DNA of 64,000 nucleotides from Octopus vulgaris (Eukaryota): NCBI GenBank assembly GCA_951406725.2, contig OX597819.1, positions 22,444,001 to 22,508,000 of the forward strand, read 5' to 3'. Shown piece by piece: positions 53,495 to 64,000 of this stretch (position 1 is its first letter; each line of letters starts with the position of its first letter). The notes under the pieces were generated by a model. It saw only the letters and a program-made list of their open reading frames with translations, ran no database searches and was not told where the DNA came from. The position numbers and the translations under genes were made by a program.

Positions 53495-54489
53495 ATGCAC
53501 AAGCAACGACAGGCTTTTGACGACACATGTTTCAAGATCTTGAATTTTCTTGCTAATTCAGTTCTTTAAAACTTTATATTTCAAATAACTAATGTCAGAC
53601 TCAAGAGTGTCTCAGAAATTGGAAGGGCACGCTACGATCGTTGACTTAAAAACGCAAAATAGTTATAAGGAAATAACTGCTTGCTGAAAGTTTCTCTTTA
53701 TTTATTATGTCCCCGAAATAATCGATAAAACATTCAGAAAACATCAGAAATCACAATATTCAGTCCATTTGTATCAACATCACATTTCTTCAGTTTTCCA
53801 AATTTGCGATCGTTTTACAATTCTCTTTTACTTCTGCCAAAAATCGACACTACACTCTTTCCCACCAACGTAGTTTCTTTCGTTTTCTTTCCATCAATGT
53901 TCTCTTCTCATTGATCATCAATACTGTTCTTTCGTGGATCACATCCGGGCCCGTCTCGCTCCATAATAGAAGAAAAGCAAGGCGTAGCATCAACCTCATT
54001 GGTTCCAGTCCCGTTCACACAGTTATCGTTTGCTTTTTTGCTTGGCAATTTCATTCATAGATGAGGTGTATTTTAGCTTACCACCGACGGGTAATTTTAT
54101 CAAGATATTATCTCCAGCAAGGTTACCTACCAAGTTATATCAGGTATTACTGAGCGTATGAAAAACAAAAAGGACATAATTGTTCACGAGAGTACACTGA
54201 TGTGAGTGGTGCAGAGATCATTTAAAAGATGAAGAGTTATGGTGAATTAAAAACAGAAGTGGCAGAATGTATGTTTGACTTCAAGAAAGCTAACCAATGG
54301 AGACTAAACTGGTCATTTTCCTCTCCCTGCATCTCCCCCCCCCCCACTCTTTCTTTCTCTCTATGTCTCTTTCTTTCCCATCTTTGATATATTTCAACAC
54401 AGTAGCACATGGACTTCGACCAAACCTAAAAATTCACCTCTCCCTTTTTAGTAGGCTGAACGTTTCATCTCCAAATTTTCTTTGAAGTA

Positions 54490-55860
54490 TGGTTGTCAGG
54501 CTAATTTGGCTTTGTATAGAAGGTCATCAGCGAGAGAGAGCTTCCTGAGAAGCTCACCTCCGACGCGAAGGATATTAGTTTCTTCACTTACCACACTAAT
54601 TTAATGTATTTAGTTTTGCTACTGCTATTTAACAAGTGCTGTCTGAGAGAAACTATGCCACATTCAAAGGCTGTCTGCACTAATCTCAAGCCCTTACCTT
54701 CTTTATGTCTTCTTAAATAGAGACTGTAGGTATCACTGCTTTTGTGAAGTTTTCCAGTCTATGTTTTTGTCTATAGAGTGGCTTTCTTCTACAGATCAGT
54801 TAAGTACCCCAATGTTGAAATCGGCACTACTACTATAGGCATCGTTATGGTTACTGGGTCTGGGTACCACAACAGCCTCACATATATATATACTCCCTCA
54901 GCTTTGCATTGCTACCCGCCACTAGACACTCATTGTACTCCCCGCATGAGCAACCGGCCTACCCTCGCGTTTATTAATTTACTTTCATCTTCGGTGCGCA
55001 ACTAGGAGCAGCACCAACGAAGTGACCTTATGGTTTTATACCAACCAGAAATGTCATAGTGTCTCTCTCAGATATCACTTGTTCAACAACAGCGCCGAAA
55101 ATAAATACATGAAGTTAGTGTTGGAAAGTGAAAAAAACAATATCTTACGTTTCGGAAATGACCTATTCATAAAGTATTCTCTTCCTGATGACCTCCCATT
55201 CAAACGTAAATGAGACGAACTATCGTATCTCAAAGGAGACATCAATGTGAGAAACTTCCAGCATACCATAACAATGCCACAGATGGGTATATTTGTCAAA
55301 GACATAAAGAAGTTAGTAACATTGACATAAAAAAATAGTTCCATCAATCGAGGCTTGCCTTCGACTCGTGGCCGCTACATCACATTACACTTGGAAGTCT
55401 ATACATTTGTACACATGAGCAGGAGATTGCTAGTAAATATCTAATCAACAAAAGATATACATTGAAGCTCTTGGAGTTCGAAGATGTAAGAGACAATTGT
55501 AGACAATGTTATATTTCTGCGGAAGGCATTACACATGGGATTAGCAGCTGCCGAAAAATGTCATGTAAATAGTACCTCTCTGTTGGATATGATCCTGTCG
55601 CAAAAAAACAATATATGATACTATAGGGGAAAAAAAAGTCTCTCCTAGAATATAGAGAATTCCTCTGCTATTGAATACGCACGCAAATATCAGCACTAGG
55701 ACTATTGGTCGAACAATCCCATTGAATCATCTGTCGAGTGCATGCATAACAGGCCACCATAGAGATTATGTCTACCGTCATAAAGATTGGCTGTCCTGCT
55801 GTTGTGAATAACTCTTCGAAAATCAAAGAGACACAAGACAACTATGAACAATTGCTTTGA
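54490..55860. mobile_element. Highly decayed RLE-type (R4-like) LINE remnants in both orientations
   Basis: - strand FHKSSDTYSLYLRRHKEGKGLRLVQ; + strand HEQEIASKYL...DNCRQCYISAEGITHGISSCRKMS (CCHC knuckle). Confidence 0.55.
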
Positions 55861-55870
55861 AACATCCAGC

Positions 55871-56292
55871 TACTCTGTTTACTCTCTCCTTTACTCTTTT
55901 ACTCGTTTCAGTCATTTCACTGTGGCCATGCTGGAGCACCGCCTTTTAGTCGAGCAAATTGACCCCAGGACTTATTCTTTGTAAGCCTAGTACTTATTCT
56001 ATCGGTCTCTTTCGCCGAACCGCTATGTTACGGAGACGTAAACACAGCAGCATCGGTTGTCAAGCGATGTTGGGGGGGGGGGACAAAAACAGACACACAA
56101 ACACTTACACACACCTATACACATATATACGACGGGCTTCTTTCAGTTTCTGTCTACCAAATCCATTCACAAGGCACTGGTCGGCCCGGGGCTATAGCAG
56201 AAGACACTTGCCCAAGATGCCACGCAGTGGGACTGAACCCGGAACCATGTGGCTGGTTAGCAAGCTACTTACCACACAGCCACTCCTGCGCC
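55871..56292 (-). mobile_element. tRNA-derived SINE (22237 family); extra head copy at 56345-56446
   Basis: Reverse complement of the family head, body and tail. Confidence 0.9.
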
Positions 56293-56793
56293 TATATATA
56301 TCTTACTCATAAGGTATTAGAATCTTATATGTATACCATTCAGCTCGAGGCTATAGTAGAAGATACTTGCCCAAGGTGCCACGTAGTGGGACTGAATCCG
56401 GAACCATGTGGTTGCTAAGCAAGCTACTTACCACACAGCCACTCCTACTTCCATTTATAACTATAATAATTGGGATCCATGATTTCGTAAGGAAATTCCT
56501 AACTCTCAGTTCGATAAACTTGAATTTACGAACAGGATTCGCACATTAGGTAGACAATCTGTAAGCGGAATTGTAAAGGTTATGCAAGACTTTTATCTGG
56601 TTTAGAATGTGACTTTCTTTTCGATATCTCGATTCCAAAGATAAAGACTTATATTTTCGGCAGAACACAGCTCCATCTTTATCGGAATAATTTAAATGTT
56701 TAGAAACAGAAACATACGTACGTATATACACACGAACTTGTATGCATAGACACGCACACATACACCCGCACGCACGCACTCACACACACACAA

Positions 56794-56840
<47 letters not shown>

Positions 56841-56849
56841 CATACATAT

Positions 56850-56906
<57 letters not shown>

Positions 56907-56924
56907 CATGTATGTATATATATA

Positions 56925-58255
56925 AACTTAGATATGTTTTGACCAAAGATTGGTCCAGGCCATGTCTAACTTAATAGCACCACCTGATAGGATTTTTTGA
57001 ATCCTGTTTAAGTCAAGTTTTGTTTATGGTCCATTCAAGTAGTGAGATTTTGTTGGGTGAGTTGTATCCAATTATGGGTGGCTTATCTGGTGTTCCTTGG
57101 AGGAATCTATCCAGACTCCGTTTAAAGTTGATGGGATACTTTTTCTCTTTGATCTCTTTCGGGACAATGTTAAATAGGGCAGGGCCTGTTGAGGAAAAGA
57201 AATTATGTAGCAGTGATCTTGAATTGAGCAGGGGACGTATGGCCCTGGTCCCAGTCTTGGATGAACCTTGAAGCTAATGTTCAGGTAATATGGGCAAAGT
57301 TGGCAGTATATTCTCCACATCGTACAAATGATGTACCGCTCACGGCGACGCTGGAGAGAGTAGAGTTTCAAGGCTTTAAGGCGATCCCAATAATCGAGAG
57401 CAGCTATGCCTTCAATTCGTTTAGTGAGTGCCCTCTGGGGTGATTCAATCCTCGAGATGTTTTGTCTTGTATATGGAGACCACAGTGGGCAGCAGCATTC
57501 GAGGTGTGGCCGTACAAAGGAGGAGAAAAGTGGTATGATGACACCTTGTTCTCTGGACCGGAAAGTTCTTAAGATCCGGGAACTCATCCTACGAGCTATA
57601 TCGACCTTCTTGTTGATGCGTGCACTCCAACTGAGATCGTCATCAACAATTACACCCATGTCTCTGATATTTTTAGAGGCTGTGAGCGGTTCCCCTGAAG
57701 GAAGAGAGTATGGCTGTTTTTGTGAGGAATTTCTTCCAAAATGCATCAGCTCAAATTTTCCCTCGTTCATTTGCATTTTGTTTCTGTCTGCCCATTGACT
57801 CACAGCATATTGATCAGACTGGAGTTGAGTTCAGTCTGCTTCTTCATTGACGATTTGCTGGAGCTTAGTGTCATCAGCAAATATTTTCACTTTGCAATAA
57901 TGTACGACACTGGAAAGTTCGTTTATGTAAATTATGAAGAGTAGCGGACCCAAGACAGTCCCCTGGGGGACACCGCTGGTGACTTTTGCTGGGCTTGAGT
58001 GGACTCCATCAACTACGACATGTTGTGTTCTATCTGTCAGGAAATACTTAATCCAGTGTAGAACTTTTCCACGGATTCCAACATTTGCCAATTTTGAGAG
58101 TAGGATATTATGGTCTACCCTGTCGAACACAATACTGAAGTCAAGATATATGCCATCAGAGTTCGAACCTGTTCCCAAGGTTTTGAGTACATTTTCAATA
58201 TGGTGTAAAAGCTGTGTTAGACAGTCCCTACCACAGCGAAAGCCATGCTAATTTG
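56925..58255 (-). mobile_element. CR1-like LINE, RT region to 3' tail
   Basis: HGFRCGRDCLTQLL, IYLDFSIVFDRVDH, SGVPQGTVLGPLLFIIYIN, FADDTK, LKLYSLQRRRERY. Confidence 0.92.
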
Positions 58256-58287
58256 CATTTAGGAGTTTGTGGGTCTCCAGGAAGTAA

Positions 58288-58346
58288 GCACACCAGCATC
58301 GGTTGTCATGCGATGTTTGGGGACAAACACAGACACACAAACACGC

Positions 58347-58397
<51 letters not shown>

Positions 58398-58560
58398 TAC
58401 GACGACGAACTTCTTTCAGTTTCCGTCTACCAAATCCACTCACAAGGCTTTGGTCGGCCCGAGGCTATAGTAGAAGACACTTACCCAAGGTGCCACGCAG
58501 TGGGAGTGAACCCGGAACCATGCGGTTCGTAAGCAAGCTACTTACCACACAGCCACTCCT
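58288..58560 (-). mobile_element. SINE 5' half (22237 family)
   Basis: Reverse complement of the family head and body. Confidence 0.85.
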
Positions 58561-58580
58561 ATGCCTATATATACACATAT

Positions 58581-59405
58581 ATAGTTTTAGATCTCTGAAT
58601 GAGATCTAAGTAGTAACGACACTGCACATAGTAAAAATCTATAACCTGAGTTAGTCCTGTGTAAGACCATGTTACTAACTTTTAACCCCAGGAAAATATT
58701 TTTCCAGTTGGTTATCGATACACTCTCTGTGATTGATATATACTGTAAGCAACGGATCTTACTACTCTCTTCTAGACACTAGCAGGTCCAACAAACACAT
58801 GGTTTCTGAGTAATTACCCGTCGTCGGTGATCGACAACTACGGCTAGTGATAGTAGCTCACTCGACCCTACTCACAATATATGTTTATAGAAGCGATGGA
58901 CAGTCTTTGATCTCTGAATATGATCTAAGTAGTAACGATACAGTATAGTAAAATCTGTTTGCCAACGTGAGGTGGCAGTCCTGCATAGGACTTTATTACT
59001 ATTTTCTATCCCCTGGAAAACAACTTTATCTGTTTATCAACGCTGAACAACTGCGGCTAGCGGTAGCAGCTTACACGCCCCCTTCTCACAGTATGTATTT
59101 ATAAAAGCGAAGGACAGTCGCTAATCTCGTAATAAGTAAAGCAGATAGTTTTAAATCTCTGAACATCTAAGTAGTAACGATACTGTATAGTAACATCTAT
59201 TTGACTGCTTGAGGCGGAGGTACTGTGTAGTACCAAGTTATTGCATTTTAACACCAGCGAAATATCTTTTCTAACTGGTTATCAACACACGATCTGTGTC
59301 TGAAATTAGCTGAACCAACAGACCAATGTTTTCTTAGCTATTACGTGTCGTCGATGCTGCACAACTCTCGGCTAGCGATAGCAACTTACCGGACTCTACT
59401 CATTG
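58581..59405 (+). repeat. Three diverged tandem units of ~245-320 bp
   Basis: ATCTCTGAA..ATCTAAGTAGTAACGA.AC starts each unit (~58591, 58910, 59155); CAACT..GGCTAG.G.TAG.AGC recurs near each unit end. Confidence 0.8.
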
Positions 59406-59899
59406 CTCCGTTGGTGGTGTTAGTGGCTAGGAGAGAGCAGTAAGAGCCCCTCCACACAGTATATTTCAGTTAATCATCGGTGACCTCCCAGGACAGTTAA
59501 AACTTTTTAGATATTATATAATTAAAATGTCTTATCTCATGGTATGATATGAACATTTGACGTGGTTTTTAAAGTCAGGGATTTGACTGCTATTTCGGCA
59601 TGGTGGTGTCTCTCAAACACCCTTATTTTTAGTAATATATATATTATTGTTATTCTACCAAATATATACCTTTTACTTATTATTTTGCACATTACTTAAT
59701 CATTGTTATATGTTTTATCTTATATTTAATCTTTCTATAATATGTAAGTTTTTTAAATGGTATAATTTAATATTTCAATATTGAATTGATAAAAGGTAGT
59801 TTTTTTGTAATTTATATATATATATTTTATATTTTGTGAAATTTGATTTAGTATTTCTAAATTGAACTTTTCCCTGTAAGTTTGGAATAATATTCCCTC

Positions 59900-59937
<38 letters not shown>

Positions 59938-60036
59938 AAAGGAAATAGATACAATGACAATGGGAGATTCGTGGATTACGCTGGCATGTCTTTAATTAAG
60001 TAGGTAACAAAGAAGTAAGAAGTAGAGATGAGGGTG

Positions 60037-60087
60037 GCATTTACGATCGTTTCGATTTACTGGAGTAAGTAAATCTCTTCAGAATGC
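60037..60087 (-). ncRNA. Canonical minimal type I hammerhead ribozyme
   Basis: Reverse complement GCATT-CTGAAGA-GATTTACT-TACTCC-AGTAAATC-GAAAC-GATC-GTA-AATGC: stems I and II fully paired, palindromic stem III, GUA triplet. Confidence 0.88.
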
Positions 60088-60330
60088 ACGTATAGATAGA
60101 TGCATCGTTTCGGATGCCAAAATGATTGAACATATGTGATGGTAATGTAGACAAAGTAGGAACTCATACATTGAAATTTTGTCCTTGCACTGGTAAATTC
60201 GCTGGGTAGGGGTTTGCTTGTGGTAGATTGGTTAGTTTCGTTGGGTTTTAAGAGCGGGGTGCGTATTATTTAGGTACGAATTACCTCGTTTAATTAAGCA
60301 CTTTTTTCTCACGTGTTCATCTCGTATTAG

Positions 60331-60419
<89 letters not shown>

Positions 60420-60423
<4 letters not shown>

Positions 60424-63400
60424 AATTCTCGTTATGTCGAATTCGGATGAGTCGAACATTCGCTTGTGTCGAATTTCATTTCTAGTCCCGACGCCAAGAC
60501 ACTGTTTTACATGTTAAAAGCTACGCCTAACTCGATGTCGGGTAAGTCGAACATTCACTAAAATCGAAGTAAATTAGTGTCTCATCAATATAATAATACT
60601 TTATATTTACTCCTATTGTCACGAAGTGTGAAGAGAACTTCAGTGGACTGCACATCAGATTTTTTTACTATTGTAATTTAGTAATACTCTGTTATATACA
60701 AAATATACAGTAATAAGATGTATTTTCGAGAATCACAAACGTATGTTAGTAAACAAACTTATTTCGCATTTACTGTTCGTGTGTATTTGAAAACACAAAT
60801 TAGCTAAAACACATAATATTGAATTGATTACGGAGAGATTACAATGTGTAGTACTTGTACGTTTTGAGAGTACATTTGTTTCATAGCATCACAACTTTTC
60901 ATTGCATTACATTAAATTATAAACAATGTAACTATTTTGACTCCATTCTTATAATCTACTTTCATCGATTCACATTGAAATTTCAAGCTAGTTTCAGCCT
61001 ATATCTTCAAGTTTCTAGAATATTTTCCGTTCTTTAGTTCATGTAGCAATTATTAAATTTTTAAGATTATCTCAATTTTGAGTTCAAACGCTTGGTCGCA
61101 GAATTTGTATCGTAAAATTGTAAATTTTTAAAAGTAAAATTTTGTAAAATAGTCTTCTCATTAGTTTTAATCTACGCACATAAGAATATTTATCACAACT
61201 GATTTCGTTTTCGTTTTTTACAGTATTCTGCATTGACTTTGTGTGTATTTTGGTAACATTGATAATACCAAGTTTTTGAGAATTTTACCAAGCAGTTCGA
61301 TAATCATTGCTGACTTAAGATATAAGATAGTCGTGTGCACTGAACCTTAAGTTTTTTTGATTCGTGTCAAAGTGATACTTTTCATAAATTACATATGGCG
61401 TTAGTTAAAAGAAAATTCACTGTATACAAAATACATATCAAATACCAAGCCATTATCGATATTCAAAAAAGTAAAAGAAAAAAAAAAGAAAACATAGAAA
61501 TTGTCAAACAGTTTGAAATACTTCTTAACACACTGTCTATGCGGATAAAATCGTCTTCCAAAATCAAAAAGGTCTACCAAAATAGTGGTTTGGAACACAA
61601 CAGAATTCATTTCTGCAAATATTCAGCGGTGAAGGAGCACCAGTTTTGTGGTTTCAGACTGCCCGAACGCAGAATATCCCAGTATCATTGCCTATTTTGC
61701 AAGCAGAATTGCTCAAACTGGCAAAGAATCTTCAACACCCAGATTTCAACTGTAGAGATTGATGGCTCAGTCGCTTCAAATAAACTTTAAAACTATTAAT
61801 GAGGAAGCTAACAGCATCGAAGATAAACGAGTAGATACATAATACACCATTACACTATCAAGTACTCGATCGATGACATCAGGACTTTCTTTACAAATTG
61901 CATCTATCCAAATCCCTAACACGTAAAGGAGGACAATGTAACGGTGGAAAACTCTCAAAAAGACCAAATCACTATCTTACTATGCGTTAACATGTTTGCC
62001 ATCGACAAACTACTTACATTGTTCGTGACTGGAAAATCACTCAATCCCAGATGCTTGAAGGGCGTCAAAACGCTAACCACAGAGAACACTGCAAGCAAAA
62101 AGGCTTGGATGAGGAGAGCAATTTTCCCCGACTGGCTGCAGAAGTTGACTAAACCGTCAGACTTCAAAAACGAAAAATTGCCCTAGAATTGGACAACGTC
62201 CTATCACACTCACACATAAATTCTCACATAATTTAATAGAATTGCAATGGTGCCTATAATAGCATAAAAATTAAAATCCTTTTGATCGAGGTTTATTCAA
62301 GAAACGATTTTAATCTAAACACGAAGGATTTGTTGCAGTTACTGTTAAGAATTACAATATTTTGGTTTCCTGAAATGTTCTAAAAGCAAGTAGTAGTAAG
62401 GCACCTGTTACTCATGCAACACATTCAATAAACTGACATTATGCTGCAAGGAGATACAAACACATTTACATCACAGTAAAATTGGCACATATATTCATAA
62501 TAATACCTTTCAAAGTCAACACGTTACAAAAGCAACAGACTACAAACTCTCTGTGACAACACACCACATACCTTTACAAAAACTCCGCTCTGATAACTAA
62601 ATACAAAATCTACAGCTTACTCGCAGCACAATACAAAAATACACATTATTTGTAATGCAGTAAAGAAAAATACAGTACGTCTACAAATTTGCTATACACT
62701 AAATCGACGAAATATTTGCAACATTTTATAAACAACAAAATTACAAATGATTGAAATATGAGAAAACGAGGGGTGACTTGATTATGTCATTACTTGATTA
62801 TCAAAAGTAATAGCCAAATTTCCCTCAAACCATATTTATTGTCTCTTTTTATGTTAAGGGAAAAGAGACATAGAATGTAATCTTATATACAGGGGTTCCC
62901 ATAATCAATGCAACCGAATTTTTAAATTTCGCCGGAGCAAAATATTATTATATTTCAGGTCTGAGTGTTGCAATGCATTAGTAAAGGAAACACAATGGTG
63001 AAGCTACCACATTTATTTGATATGACCACCTTTGTTTCGAATCACATCCTTAAGTCTAGGTACGAGTGCTTCACACACAACACGCAGAACGCTAACATAA
63101 CAAGCAACACGCAGCTCACTAAAATGGCACTCCATTTTTTTACAACCCAACACTACCTATGCATCAAGGTATAATAAAGAACATCAAAACTCACTACCGA
63201 CACCTACTCGTAGACAAGCTTATATTATCATTAGACAGCTCAAAATTTACTACAGATACTGTGTTGGATTCTCTGCATTTATTACAACGTGCCTGGTTAT
63301 CTGTCACTAGAATCACAATAGCAAACGACTTCAGACACGCTGGATTTCCCAACAAAACTCTGGACACTACTGATGACATAAATAACGAAAATACAACTCA

Positions 63401-63968
63401 CAGAATTATTTCGATGAGCAAGACAAATAGGAGTTGACTTATCTGACTCCTTTCATGAATACGTCTCTGTTGACGATAACACCATTGCATCAAAGTCGAT
63501 GACTGACGAAGCCACAATAGAAAACATCATTCAAAAATACAACCGAACAGTTACAGGAATTCATGAAGAATGTGACTCAGGAGATTTAATTCAACCAACA
63601 CCTAAATTATCTTCTGCAGTAGCTACATCTGAGGCAATTTATTCAAATCCACGAGAACTCTGCTGACATGTTTGCTTTTCTTACTCAGTTGGAAAATTTC
63701 ATAGAAAATGTGGAATGGAAAAGCTAGAAGCAAAGTGTCATAGAAGATTACTTTGCATGTAGCAATTCTAAAAGATGACATTTTTGCAATTTTCAATAGT
63801 TTTTGAAAGTAAATGCTTACTTGTGAACACGTTTGTTTTCTAGTTCCTGACAAATGTATCTAAATTTTTTTATCACATCACAATGACAACATGACTTGAA
63901 GTTTTGAACTTCGGTTGTCTTGAAAGCGTGTGGAAGTTTTTAGCCTGTCCCCTGAACTTCGACACAAC

Positions 63969-63970
<2 letters not shown>
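60420..63970 (+). mobile_element. Decayed Tigger/pogo-family DNA transposon with nested insertions
   Basis: End motifs CTCGTTATGTCGAA and TTCGACACAACG; ITILLCVNM..DKL..FVTGKSLNPRCLKGVK..KKAWM..IF.DWL and QGIIKNIKTHYR..LDSLHLLQRAW..TIANDFRHAGF. Confidence 0.85.
62888..63080 (-). mobile_element. Tc1/mariner-superfamily 3' end nested in the Tigger element
   Basis: TA-CAGGGGTTCCC terminus; reverse complement reads CEALVPRLKDVIRNKGGHIK*. Confidence 0.6.

Positions 63971-64000
<30 letters not shown>

Overview
AT-rich, microsatellite-dense animal genomic DNA. The SINE, LINE and Penelope repertoire looks like an Octopus genome; this is inferred from recognised repeat types and not verified. Most ORF-track entries are microsatellite or transposon artefacts. 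Two real genes are hidden among the repeats. Gene B is complete on the - strand: TATA/Inr at ~52.8 kb, a non-coding first exon and four coding exons down to 29.3 kb, encoding a ~141-aa secreted protein with 10 Cys in two repeated C-x5/6-C-x6-W-x7/8-C-x4-C modules. Gene A is the 3' half of a paralogue on the + strand (exons at 1-48, 5996-6146, 6242-6257). The two lie tail-to-tail inside an old inverted duplication. Their coding exons are far more diverged (60% nt, 34% aa; codon positions 1+2 more diverged than position 3) than the adjacent intron (94%), a signature seen in toxin and defence peptide families. The window also holds many Penelope-like element (PLE) ends forming fold-back palindromes, with more than 10 hammerhead-ribozyme motifs (several fully canonical), plus decayed mariner/Tc1/Tigger, CR1-like and R4/Dong LINEs and tRNA-derived SINEs.
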